A stretch of 63,718 nt of DNA, filler included, from Licmophora abbreviata (taxonomy: Eukaryota): NCBI GenBank assembly GCA_900291995.1. It is 16 parts of 16 records of this genome, joined end to end, with 100 filler letters (N's around TTAATTAATTAA, not from the genome) between each part and the next. Parts side by side here need not be neighbours in the genome. Positions count along the whole stretch, not along the records: positions 1 to 3,568 come from OLMU01003307.1; positions 3,669 to 6,883 come from OLMU01003308.1; positions 6,984 to 21,345 come from OLMU01003313.1; 13 more parts are not named here. One strand, written 5' to 3'. Numbering within the stretch: the stretch's first letter is position 1; the number at the start of each line of letters is the position of its first letter. Shown here piece by piece: positions 1 to 11,525 of this stretch. A program made the translations under genes and the position numbers. Below the pieces are notes generated by a model. The model worked only from the letters and a program-made list of their open reading frames with translations, did no database searches and was not told where the DNA came from.

Positions 1-577
1 TCTCGAGTACCGAGTCGAAGAATTGGACAGGTCTGTCCGCCGTACGATGTTGAGTGATAAGTGATAATGAATTCAGATTGTCGTCCAAAATCAAACATCA
101 AAAGTTGACGATGGCGGCGACCGTCGACCGTCGACAGTGCATGGCAGTATAGCTTTGCACTGTACCTACTGCGACCTCAAGGCATACATAGACTCTACGC
201 CATGATCTAATCAATGGGTCGTAAAAACAACAGACACGACCGTCGAACGATTTGCAGCCGGGTCGATGATTAACAATCATTGCAATTCATTCAGCTTTGG
301 TCCACCGACAACCGACAAATCATCTGCCTCTGTTCACTGTACTCCGCACGGGCTCGACTCCCGCACTCCGCACCTCGTCGTTCTTCGCTCTTGTTTGGCG
401 ACTCGTACCACACGCAAGAGAGGTGCAGGCGCACTTTGAGACTTCTTGTATGTGTATGGTTCAGTATTGTCCCGACCATGTGTAACGACTGGGAGACATG
501 CCGGCGGGGAGTTTCACCTGAAAATCTCACTCCGTTTGAATCGGTCCCACTAACGACAGAACATTTCGTTCGGTTCG

Positions 578-1945
578 TTGCATAGACATGTTCACACCAC
601 GACATTCGCAAACGATCATAACGCGGCAATGGTTGCTTACGTTGAATCTCGTCAAGAAGACGAGGAGGACGAACGGGTCTTCATGGGCCATCGTGATCCA
701 AAGCAGCATGCGAAAGACGCCAAGCAGCTGGCGGAGGAGCAATGGAATCGAGCCGCCGCTGTCTTGTCGGCGCGACCGTCCCTATTGACAAGCAAAGTTC
801 TTCGTCTCGTCTTGAAGAATCGTCCTCCTGCTCACGTTGTTCAGTTTCTTCTTTCCATCAATCCTCGAGTCGCCGACATCCCCAAGCACGGTCCGACAGC
901 ACTACACGTTGCCATTCGTCACCACGCGTCTCACGAAGTCATCAAGACAGTCATCGAAACTTGTCCGCTTGCGCTTGTAGCTTCGCACGATGGATGCGAA
1001 CCTCTCTTGTATGCCAAAACTTGGCGTTCCGACGAGTCGGAGCTATTGCAGCTCTTGAGTATACCCTTGTCCCACTGGATGTCCAAGGCGGTCAAAAAGA
1101 AGAAGAAGAGGAAGAGTCGTGCCTCGCTGCCCTCGCCAACGGCGCTGATAGTACCGCATGCCCAGGCTGTCCCCGCTCCGATTACCACTTCTCCAGCGGA
1201 ACTTTCTTCGTCGCACTCGTTCGTTGCGTCTCCTGTCGTCTTCACGGAAGATGGCAAAAAGGAGCTGGATAACATCAAGGCCATCGCGTCTACAATTGTC
1301 CGTGCACAGAAGAAACAAATTCAAGCCATGGCACAACACAAACAGCATGTCGAGTCGTCTCTTCAAGACTACCGCGCTTGGAATGTGCAGGAGCGTACCG
1401 GCCAGCTCCAAGAACTTGAGAAACTGCAGACGGATCACTTTCGGGCTCAGCTCATTGCACTCGACATGAAGGAGAAATCCATGGTGGCCAAGGTTCGGGC
1501 CATGGAGCGACGTGTTGTCAAGGCCATGGAGCTCAGCAAGGAAATTCGATCCCATCGTGAAGCTCGTCAGAAGGCTACTATCAATCGGCTCGAAACGACG
1601 TTGAAGACCTTCTACGCGGTCATGAACGAGCATCAGGCCAGTGCACAAGAACGCGTGGCCGCAGTCGAAATGCGATTGGAACAAGAGTGCAAGATGAATG
1701 AATACTTTCGTAGCGACACGCGCTTGCAGCTCGATCAGTTTGAACAGTATCGTGTCCTCGATACTCAGCAGGCGCGGACGGAATACGCGCCCATTGTCTA
1801 CACGACGCCAAAGAATCACGACGAGGATGACGACACTCTCGACACTGAGCCACTGTTCTCAGTGCCGGCCTATGGGAAGGCGACGCGTAGAAAGTATCCC
1901 CGCCGTCGGAACAAGCGAGGGCCTTTGGGTCTTTTGCACTTCTGA
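578..1945 (+). CDS. Hypothetical protein with N-terminal ankyrin-like repeats and a central coiled coil
   Basis: 455-aa ORF; ankyrin-like GPTALHVAIRHHASHEVIKTVIETCP and GCEPLLYA motifs; long Q/E/K/R helical region. Confidence 0.7.
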   Translation: MHRHVHTTTFANDHNAAMVAYVESRQEDEEDERVFMGHRDPKQHAKDAKQLAEEQWNRAAAVLSARPSLLTSKVLRLVLKNRPPAHVVQFLLSINPRVADIPKHGPTALHVAIRHHASHEVIKTVIETCPLALVASHDGCEPLLYAKTWRSDESELLQLLSIPLSHWMSKAVKKKKKRKSRASLPSPTALIVPHAQAVPAPITTSPAELSSSHSFVASPVVFTEDGKKELDNIKAIASTIVRAQKKQIQAMAQHKQHVESSLQDYRAWNVQERTGQLQELEKLQTDHFRAQLIALDMKEKSMVAKVRAMERRVVKAMELSKEIRSHREARQKATINRLETTLKTFYAVMNEHQASAQERVAAVEMRLEQECKMNEYFRSDTRLQLDQFEQYRVLDTQQARTEYAPIVYTTPKNHDEDDDTLDTEPLFSVPAYGKATRRKYPRRRNKRGPLGLLHF

Positions 1946-2103
1946 ATCGATTTGTAGGTAACTGCGCTGGCGAAGTCTCGAACTCAGCACGACTGGAAAC
2001 TCGATCGACAACGAAATTCATGTCGATTACATTCACTGTATACCGCAGTATGGATATTAGACGTCATCTTATTGCAAACCGATACCAATACGTATTATGT
2101 AGC

Positions 2104-3568
2104 CTATATATTGTTGTCGAATGGTGACGGCGGAGAAAGGTAGCTCGACGGATCGATTATTCCCTCGTTGCTGCTAAGAGAAATGCCACCTTTTAGACCG
2201 AACATTCCATCCACCCCATGGACGCCAGGACTCGAGTCGGTTCGTTGGTCGTCTGTTCCGTCCTCCATCGGCATACGCTGCGATCCCGGAGGGCTCGTAA
2301 ATCCACCGTGGAAAAAATGCATGTCGCTCCCGTTGCTTTCGCGGACCATGTCGGTCCGCTGACCACCTCCGTCGTCTCTCATCTGCCATTGCTGCGCTTC
2401 GGGTGACACTGGTCCGGCGGCATCACCTCCCTCTTGGCCAGCCACATGAAATTGGTCTTCACCATAGCTGTTCGAGTAACTTGCTTGGCCTCTGTCGTCG
2501 CGCTGGGTGTTCGGCTGTTGGGGAAAGAAAGCCCCGTCTTCGGCTTCCTGGCCGCCCCAAGCATCCTCCATTTGCATCGACCGGTCGTCCAGCGGCGCAG
2601 CAACACGACCTTGTTGGTCAAACATGCCACCACTCTCTTCGCCTTCTCGGCTCATATGCGCATGCTGACTGCCCCACGCGTCCTCCATACTCTGTGCGTC
2701 AGGTGCTCCGAAGCCATCACCTCGTTGGTCATATTGTTGGTCGTATCCGGCACCGCCGTCGTCCCCTCCGTTGACCATATCAACTTGCTGATGCCCCCAG
2801 GTCTCCTCAATAGGCTGTGCTTCCGGATACCCGAAACCGCCGTGCTCTTGATACTCGCGACCCACGTCAGCCTGCTGGCCGTCCCAGGCTTGCGGTTGAC
2901 TCCATGTATCCTCCATACCCTGAGCTTCCGGCTGTGCGAAGTTATCGCCTTGCTGGTCAAACATGCCATTACTGTCACCAGCTTGTTGTTGGCCCCATGC
3001 GTCGTTGATGCGATGAGCTTCCGGTGGGACAGAAGCGCCACCTTGTTGGTGAAACACGCCACCGCTGTCTTCGGTGTCGCGACCCATGTCGGACTGCTGA
3101 CTGTCCCGGGAGCCGTGTTCGCGACCAGCATTGGCCTGCGGCCGGCCCCAAGCGTCCTGCACACTCTGTGTCTCCTGCGGAGCGAAAGCAGCACCGTGGC
3201 CAACGCCGGGCTGTCGTAGACCCCATGCGTTCTGGGTTTCTGGTGGCGCGAAACCGCCACCATGTTGATCAATCATACCACCACTTTCTTCACGTTGACC
3301 GCCAGTGTCGACTTGTCGCTTAGCCCAGGCGTTCTGGACAGGCTTTGCCTCCGCCGGAGCGAAACCACCCGATCGCTGATCAGGCATAGCACCGCGGTTA
3401 TTGCCGCCAAACTTGTCCTGACGCCGTCCCCATGGGTCCTCTACACGCTGTACTTCCGGTGGAACCGGTGCGGCAAAACTACCCCCCTGCTCAAAGGTCG
3501 CGTTCGTCTCTTCACGTTCGCGACTCACATCGGTTTGGTGGTTGCCCTCGACTTCTCCCATGTTCATG
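2104..3568 (-). CDS. Low-complexity Q/G/E-rich repeat protein with (D/N)AWG motifs, 5'-truncated at the gap
   Basis: 487-aa frame open up to the gap; about 10 degenerate repeats of roughly 35-45 aa (GGxFxQQGGxFAxPEAQxxEDAWGxQ). Confidence 0.65.
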
Positions 3569-3668
3569 NNNNNNNNNNNNNNNNNNNNNNNNNNNNNNNN
3601 NNNNNNNNNNNNTTAATTAATTAANNNNNNNNNNNNNNNNNNNNNNNNNNNNNNNNNNNNNNNNNNNN
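3569..3668. other. Artificial scaffold linker N44-TTAATTAATTAA-N44 (first of 15)
   Basis: Identical 100-nt linkers with stops in all six frames start at 3569, 6884, 21346, 25564, 26975, 33544, 37039, 39464, 44362, 45812, 53127, 54367, 56232, 58518 and 62037. Confidence 0.97.
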
Positions 3669-5455
3669 GGATCGGAGGCGATGCGGTGCAGTTCTTCCAA
3701 GAGGAAGTCACTTGCCATGACCGCCGCACTCGTCTCAGGGCCTGACAATTGCTGTACTTCACCAGTTGTCTTCCCCAGTCTTCGTTCCAGTGCTTGTTTG
3801 ATGACGTTCACCATGTTTCCACCCTCAATCTGACTTCGATCAACCTTGTTGGCGGCGGGGGTTGAGTCGTATGCAAACGCCATGTCTTCTTCTTTGACGA
3901 CCCCTGTCTGTTGATAGTCCTGTGCAACACGTAACGCTTCCATGTCTTTTCGATCGACTTTCACATTGGCAATGTCACTCCAATTGCGCAACCGCAACAT
4001 GGTCTCAAGCTTGTCGGTACCGACCGCGTCGAGCGTCTTCTCGTTCTGCTTGTACACGAGCCCGGTCGGAATACCCTTTTGTGCCGCTCGCACTTGCTTC
4101 GTTCGCAAGAGGTTAATCATGGGCCACGCGCTCCGCCTGGCATAGTTGGCCGCCGCCCCAAGACCCGATCGCTCGGCTCCATCTCTAAAGGTCCACTGCG
4201 GGTGGAAAAAGACGAGCTGCAGCAAATCTTCGACTCCCAACGCAGCCAACGGTTGCGTCAACGTATTACTGAAAGTCTCAAACAACTCAATATTGTCAAT
4301 GAGAAACTCAGGCGCAATGAGCAGTGTTGTGCTGAGTTCCTTTTCGTCGCTTTGTTCCACGCGCACGACTTCCTTCCAGTATCGCGCATACATGTCTTCA
4401 ATGTGAGTGCAGCGATCCACGCAGTAAAAGACGTTCCCCATAGGCAGTCCTGCTAAATTCGGGCCGCTCGTAAAGGGACAGATTCCCATGTCACTCATCA
4501 TTTTGTCGACCCAGGTTTTCGTGACGCTTATGATTTCTTCGTCGTCGTCCGGGATGCGATTGACAATGGTAGGATACGGGTCTCGCAAGGCCCCGCCCTC
4601 CATTTCTTCATCAATGCCTTCGTGATTCCATTCATGGCCGTCGTCCCAAAAGGGATCATACTCAAATTCATAGGAATCTGGGTCCTTATCGGGATTTCGA
4701 TAGGACTTTAGAGTAAACCCCTTGACCGTTCCCTGTTGCACGTGCGGTACGAGCACACATTGTGTTCCAAAGGAGTCACAAATATCTTTGCAGGCTTCCA
4801 GATGACCCATGAGTCGATTCATGAATGCAGGAGTATTAATTTGCTTTTCCATCTCGGGAAAGACGATCGTTTGCGTTTCACCTCGCACCATGGTGTTGGA
4901 TCCTTGCGCAATCATGGTCCACAGAGCAGCGAGTAGCTGGGGTGTCGTCGTCGCGCGATCTTCTGGCTTCCACTCTTCATTGGTCTTGGAAGCAGCAGGC
5001 GCAGCAGTGACGTGGGGCTGAGGAAAGACGGGGGTTCCATTGACGGTGCTGCTTTGCTGCTTTTGGTACTGAGTGGTGGACTCCTGAGCGGCAGTGTTTG
5101 TTTTAGCAGAAGTACTGGGTTGGACCGGAGGAAAGACGGGCGACCCGTTGACGCTGGCCTGGCGTTGAGGACGCGCCGGGGGTTTCGTAGCATGTTGCGG
5201 TGGCTGCCAGCTTTGATTCAGATTGTTGCTTAGCGGCTCTGGGAAAATGGGAGATCCATTGATGCTGCCCTGTCCTTGCAGACGCGTTGTTGTTGAGCGA
5301 AGTAACGATTGACCCAAATTTGTTTTTTTCTGAATCAACGAATTTATTACAAAGGCTGTAGTGGGCGCATCTGGTGAAGGAAGGAATCCACTGACTGTTG
5401 AGGAAAACAGCAGCGGAAGAAGACTCAAAGAAGCCCGAAACATCGTGAGAGCCAT
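3669..5455 (-). CDS. DUF1415-domain protein, probably plastid-targeted, 3'-truncated at the gap
   Basis: Signal peptide ending VSG-F; DUF1415-like motifs GICPF, TTLLI, FFHP, NYARRSAWPMINLLR. Confidence 0.75.
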
Positions 5456-5802
5456 CAGTCGTCGTTGATGTCAAAACTGAACTGGAACATCATTTGTGTC
5501 TGTTCGGGTGGCCAGAATGCAGATTGAACATGCTTCGATTCGCGTTCTCCTGAAGTTCGTGCGTCAGTCTGACGACATCGATGCGACATTCATTGAGAGT
5601 GGATGCAAAGGTGGACAGATCGACTGACGGCACACTTTGCCGGAGGTGCTGACAAAAGGAAATGGTGTCGGTACCAACGCTCAAAGTTGAAAGTACCGGG
5701 TAGTCTGGTCTAGGTCTAGAGTTGTAAAGATCGGTAATCATCGGAGTACTACCAAAAGTGAAAGATTCGGTCAGTCGCTTTGTCTCTCTCTACTTCCAAC
5801 TT

Positions 5803-6768
5803 CTAAGAATGACTTTCAAACAGCCCCACGAGTCCACTCAGATCGTCCACGTGTACCCAATGCCCCGCATCCGGCAGCGTGTGAAATCGGAACGAATCAC
5901 TTACCATGCCTTCGAGCGTATTCAACGTACCCGACTCTTTCCAACCGTCATTCTTACCTCCTCGAACCAAATGAACTTCTGTCTTCGTACTATTTTGTTT
6001 TTGCAGAGTATCCAACATGCCGAGAAAGTCTTGAGTTCCAAACTCCGGTAGAATCTCTCGCACAACATCCACGTCAAAGCCCCATCGATCGCCTTGTACA
6101 GATGATGCGAGCCATTGTGCCAGAGATGCATCCAACCCGCGGTCTATCAGCTTCTTCGCCACGACTTTACGATCTGACAGTTCATCTGGGGGCAACGATA
6201 GTACCGCCTGCAGAACCAGCTGTACAGAACTGTGCGCCTGTCCTGGAACTGAATCGAGAATCCATGCCTGTCGAATATCCCGCTGCTGTGCCATGTCATG
6301 AGTATACTGTAGCGCGACTCGTCCTCCCCAGGAGTGTCCCACAATTGTCGTGGGAGCAGCCTCGTCCACACCGGCATGCTGCAACGTGGCATGGACATCG
6401 CGCACGCACGCATCAAACGTATGGGGCGAAGCGCCGGAACCGGACTTGCCATGGCCACGAAGATCCAGCAGTAATCCTCTTATGCCTGTACTCGCAGCGG
6501 TGCTTTCTCCTCGTACTTGCAGCACTTTCTTGGCAAACGTGCGGAGGTTCTTGCCGTTTCCAAGAAGTCCGTGAAGGAACACGATTGTGTGCTCCTGCTT
6601 CGATGAGGCTTCTGCTGAGGGACCAATCCATTCGTGGTGAAGCACAATGCCAGAAGACGATGCGAAAGATCGTCTGAATACGTTAGAGGCGACGGAAGAC
6701 GCCTCGAGATGCCGAAACGTGAGCCGTAACATCGTCATGGAGATGTCGAGAAAGAGTGGGGTCGGCAT
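5803..6768 (-). CDS. Alpha/beta hydrolase, ABHD11/YbfF-like esterase, probably mitochondrial
   Basis: FLHGLLGNGKN, DLRGHG, GHSWGG nucleophile elbow, AGHWVHVD. Confidence 0.85.
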   Translation of the reverse strand: MPTPLFLDISMTMLRLTFRHLEASSVASNVFRRSFASSSGIVLHHEWIGPSAEASSKQEHTIVFLHGLLGNGKNLRTFAKKVLQVRGESTAASTGIRGLLLDLRGHGKSGSGASPHTFDACVRDVHATLQHAGVDEAAPTTIVGHSWGGRVALQYTHDMAQQRDIRQAWILDSVPGQAHSSVQLVLQAVLSLPPDELSDRKVVAKKLIDRGLDASLAQWLASSVQGDRWGFDVDVVREILPEFGTQDFLGMLDTLQKQNSTKTEVHLVRGGKNDGWKESGTLNTLEGMVSDSFRFHTLPDAGHWVHVDDLSGLVGLFESHS

Positions 6769-6983
6769 CAGTCGGCAGCGAGGCTCGCGGGGGCGTTTCG
6801 AATTGGGACTAAAAATGCAGTCATGACAACTCGTGAGTGAATCTACCCGAGAATCTCGATCGATCAGATCCGCGACGAACGTANNNNNNNNNNNNNNNNN
6901 NNNNNNNNNNNNNNNNNNNNNNNNNNNTTAATTAATTAANNNNNNNNNNNNNNNNNNNNNNNNNNNNNNNNNNNNNNNNNNNN

Positions 6984-7946
6984 AATTCTGGCTTGTCCGG
7001 AGTAAGTATCATTCTTGGTTTGTAGATTTCCATAGACATCATAGTTGGTGACACCGTCGAGTATATCAAACGGCTCATACGGGCCCACCGGTGCATCACG
7101 CCAGATCTGGTCCCCGACGATGAAGACTTCGTGTCCTCTGGATGCGGCGGCTTGTCGCATGAGGGTCACTATTTGTCCCAGAAGCCCGCGGTTGTTATAA
7201 AATCTAGAAACATAGACGAACAGAACTGGTCGTCCATCAATCCGAAGAAAGTTGGGGTGACCAAAGTAGCTGTCCGCAATGTGCTCGATATCTGGGATGA
7301 CATTGCTAAAATCGAACACACCCGAGTCTGCTTCCGTTTCTTCAACGCGATTTCGAGTCTCATAGAGAATGGAGATTTCCATATCCCCCAAATTTGGATG
7401 GGGCAGTATGACATCACGTAATGTCACATCTTCACGTTTGTCCGGTCCCCACCAGGACGAAATCCAAACTTGAATATTGGCCTGGCGACTCCATGTGAGA
7501 TGCTGATCAATCACAGCTGGGTCGGTGTCGTTGTAGAGACCCAGAGATGGTAGTTGTGGCGGATCCAGAGCTCCCCTCATGTACGGTCTCCCTCGATGAA
7601 AGTCATCGCCCCACCACGGATAGTAGTATACCGCTACTTTGGCCAAACTCTGTCTCTGTGATGGTGCAGGAGAAGCTGTCGGTGTCAACGTTTGGACTGG
7701 AGCTGCAGTTTTCATGGCCGGTCGATTGTCCATATTGAACGAGGCTCCGGCACCGCCTTGACTCCCGTCACCGCGTGGCCGATCGCCTGTTCCACCCGAC
7801 TGCAAATTTCGGCGACGTTCCAGTCCCCGTACACTCCTAGTGTCCCCCCTTTGTCCTGATATGATGATTGGGAGACAGAGCAGAACAAAGGAGCGCAAGG
7901 AAAGAGCGGCGATGGGGCGGAAGCTCCAACGCCGTCTCCGCATCAT
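6984..7946 (-). CDS. Glycoside hydrolase family 99-like (endo-alpha-mannosidase-like) secretory protein, 3'-truncated at the gap
   Basis: N-terminal hydrophobic segment; YYYPWW, PSLGLYNDTDPAVIDQH, SSWWG, YFGHPNFLRIDGRPVLFVY. Confidence 0.75.
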
Positions 7947-8272
7947 GGTCGTCTGTGCATTTTGTCACAAAAGGTAACAACGAGTTTGCAGAGGTTCGCC
8001 AAAATCGGGAGAGCGCGCGACATTTTGATGTTTTCCATTTTACGAGTACTTCCAACCGACGACGGCGCCCTGACCTGTTCGACATCCTCTCGTCGTTGCT
8101 TCTCTGCGCTTGTTGTGCTTTGTACCCTCTGGTGCTGCTCGGGTGCTTCCTCTGCTCCTGTCGCTGGCTCTTGGCGCGTTGAAAAGACCTTCGGCTCCTC
8201 TTTGTTTTGGATCGTCAGCTTGCAAAATGTGAATGCCACCTTTCTACTCGTATTGCATACAACATCACGGCG

Positions 8273-8866
8273 ATGAAGAAAGCAACGCAAACGCCATCGC
8301 CAACGACGATTCGCTTGGTCCAGGCTCAAGATACCGCTCAAGTCGCGCAACTGTGGAAGGATGGATTAGTCCAGACGACGCAAGCGGCACCCTTTTGGAT
8401 GAAGCCTTTGGTCAAGTACGTACTGTATGTCGAAGCCAGCCACGCACTCTCCGACACGGGCGATTTAGGGCCGCAAGGTTCCAACTTGATGAAGTTTTGG
8501 GGTACTACCAGCGATCGTGCGTTTTATGTGTCTGTGGATGAAAATGGAAAGGTAGTTGGATGTGTGGGCATTGTGGAGGGCACGTGCATGGATCCTCCGA
8601 CAACGACGAAATCATGTCGCGGCGACACTTGCTCGATCTGGCGCATGTCCGTCGCCGAATCAGCACGACGGCAAGGTGTTGGGTCAAGTTTACTACAACA
8701 AGCAGATGTATGGGCTCGCTCAAGAGGTGGTTGCAAGCGCGTACGACTCATTACCGGCAACCGAGTGGCACAGGAGTTCTACCAGAGCGCGGGGTATATC
8801 TTTGAGGGATGGTTGACGCCGCACATGATAAAGAACATTCACAATGATAGATCAACGGAGATCTAA
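8273..8866 (+). CDS. GNAT-family N-acetyltransferase (NAT8-like)
   Basis: ATG at 8273; RMSVAESARRQGVGSSL acetyl-CoA motif; NRVAQEFYQSAGY. Confidence 0.8.
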   Translation: MKKATQTPSPTTIRLVQAQDTAQVAQLWKDGLVQTTQAAPFWMKPLVKYVLYVEASHALSDTGDLGPQGSNLMKFWGTTSDRAFYVSVDENGKVVGCVGIVEGTCMDPPTTTKSCRGDTCSIWRMSVAESARRQGVGSSLLQQADVWARSRGGCKRVRLITGNRVAQEFYQSAGYIFEGWLTPHMIKNIHNDRSTEI

Positions 8867-8920
8867 TGATACGAGAAACGTCATATATCTACTCTACTTT
8901 TGTTCAGCAGTCGGCAACGC

Positions 8921-9761
8921 CTACGCTTCTGTGCTCTTGTTGAGATCATTTCGGTCCTCCGTACGATCCACTACTGCCTGCTCTTCCCCCAAAGCCGCGT
9001 CCTCGCCGACTAGGCCCTCCTCCTGATCCACATGTTTGGCTTGCTCGCCGTCATGGTTACTACCATCACGACCAATAAGGGGTACACAGCACGCCGCTCC
9101 AACGATGGCAGTCACGAGCCACAGGCAAGTGGAAACAATCCCAAAGATACCAGATGTCCCCAGTTCACAGTCCTGGGACGTAAGCACACCATCCGGGAGT
9201 CCCACCAGGAACGGGTTTTTACTGGCACCGCAAGCGCTGCTCTGAAAGAACAAAAGGACGAGACCCTGGAACGCCGCAACCATCACGTAATAAAACAAAA
9301 AGAGGAGTGGGCTTCCGATGCAAGCTAGCACTGATCCAAACAGACCAAAGATCGGTGCAATGATGGAAAAGGCTTGCGCAGTCTTCCATTTCGAGTCATT
9401 TTCCGTGTCCTCTGGGTATCCAGTGCAAGAGCCTGTTCTGATTATATTTCCAAAACCATCGTTTACGAAGGAGTACTTGAGATACTGCCAGGGGCCATAC
9501 AAGACGTCTTCCGTCCCACTGCCTACTGGCTGCCGGAGAGTGTACTTGGCGAAGTTGCACCATGAGACACTGACCAGAGAAAAGAAAAAGGCTAGAGCCA
9601 ACGAAGTAATGACCATACATACGGAGCGGTTTTGGCCCAAGTTGCTGTGAGTACTGGCGAGAAGGGGATGCAAGGTGAGGTCAACTCTGTCGCTCCATTC
9701 TGCCTGGGTCGATCGACCACACCCTTACTAGAGAGCTCACTCACTTCTTAAGCAAGGCCAT
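8921..9761 (-). CDS. Four-TM claudin/tetraspan-like membrane protein (2 exons)
   Basis: Four hydrophobic segments with extracellular Cys; short first exon MALLK(N) from ATG 9761; GTGAGT...CACAG intron joins in frame. Confidence 0.7.
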
Positions 9762-10548
9762 GACTGAGTTTTCGACTCTGAATGCGGTGGACGGAGGATT
9801 TCTAGCTTCGGAATGATGAGTGATGCCTTGGTGCGTGACACTATGAATGAATCTTTTGGAATCAATCTGACTGCAGTCCCTTTGGGGTTCTCTTTCGCAA
9901 TTTCAAATTCACTATCTAGCGGTTCTCGTCTCTGCCATGTACGAAGTCTAACTTTTATGCTAAAATTAGAGACAAGCGAATTCGAATCGTGACGCTAGGA
10001 ATCGTACCGGTACCGAAGCGCGACCTTCTTTGGTGGCGCGAAAGAGAACCAAGGTCTGGCCGCTGGGGCGACGGGAGATACGTGCGAACAATCGTTGTCG
10101 TCGTCAATGCACCTCAACACCTTCACAACAAGTGTGATGCGCTGCTGGCTTTGCGGAGGGAGGTAGGACATCTGTGGAACGAGCTAGTTTCATCCGATAT
10201 TCGCCTTGTGGTTCTAGTTGCGCTGTCGCGGCCGATGCCTGGACCTAAGGGTTGTATGGCTACCAGTGTATGTGTAAAAATAGAACGGTGTCATTGCTAC
10301 AAGTGTATGGTCGTTCAATCTGCATTTACTATCATCACTGCTTGATCTGCTACAATCTCTAATTTACGTGTCTCGTCACGGTAGCTCTCAAAACGCAAAG
10401 AGACAGATTACTCACATGCTTGTACTGTTGGACGAAGGCCACGGCACCCAGTCGCTCGCTCACTCGCTCGTAACTCCGCTTCCATTTCTCAATTCAACAT
10501 ATAGATTACCTCCAATCCACTCACTCTTCATCGGCGCCCACTTTGTGT

Positions 10549-11089
10549 TCATCGCTGCATGGTCATGCCCTTGACGTCCGCAATCTTCTTGCAGCACCCA
10601 GCGGCTTTACAAGGAAAGATGGTCAATCCGGCAATCGTAATTGCGAGCGGGACCTCCTCGGAACAGGGAACGGCCACGCTCGCGACGCAACAGCAGCAGT
10701 GAACCTGCCCACGAAGGAAGGAGCTGGAAGTTAAGCGAGACGCAGCAGCGTGAGTCGTCAATCTTTGAATGAATCTTCCAAACAGATTCGGTTCACTACC
10801 GCGCTAGAGACACATTGTTCTTTTCTTTTCTGTAGCTACACGATACTCACCACCCCTCGCACTCCATCTTGGGTCCACAGAAGATCAAGGGGAGACAGGG
10901 TGCTCCGGGCTTGCAACACATCTCGAGGTTGCAGCAGCACAAGCCAAGCTTGCCACTGCATCCCAGGCAGTCCGCTGAGGGCATGAGGGCCACATTGGCG
11001 CAGCAGCAAGCGCAACATAGGACGAGGTCGTCTTCATCAATCGCGTCATTGCTCTTCTGAGTCTGAAGCTGGTATTCGCCGTTGGGCAT
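10549..11089 (-). CDS. Small Cys-rich protein (137 aa, 24 Cys; exons 11089-10851 and 10723-10549)
   Basis: Two Cys-rich ORF pieces join in frame via a GTGAGT...TTCCAG intron (TG|C = Cys). Confidence 0.75.
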
Positions 11090-11525
11090 GGTAGAGAAGG
11101 CTTTACAAGGGGGAAAGAAATCGACGATGCTTGCGACAAAAGGTGTCAACGACACAAGCTTCAGGTGTTCTCTTGTTGAGGTTTTGCTGGTGGCACCACG
11201 GATTGGTGTTGGATTGGCGATACCCGGCGCCATCCGACCATTCATCTATGGATACTTATGGCGTGACTGGTGAACTAAATTTTGAGAACCTCGCCAAATG
11301 TACATTTATTTTAGAAAAGGACATTTCATGTGTTCGGCACTGGTATGGAATTTTGATGTATATGAAGACCTTGAGATGGTATATAATACCTGCGAGCTCT
11401 GTGCGAGCTCTGGTGGATCTTTCGCGTCGCTCAATTTTGCAATTTTGGCGGCCGCTCCATGAGAGACCAACGGCACGGTCACAAACAAACCGCAACGGAC
11501 GGAATCCATGCACAAGACAACTACA

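Noticed and set aside
3613..3624. Recurrent TTAATTAATTAA inside N runs as a biological repeat or CRISPR-like array
   Set aside because: It is an identical synthetic linker with six-frame stops at every gap
9812..9872. ATGATGA...CTGA as a box C/D snoRNA
   Set aside because: No terminal stem and no recognisable rRNA complementarity
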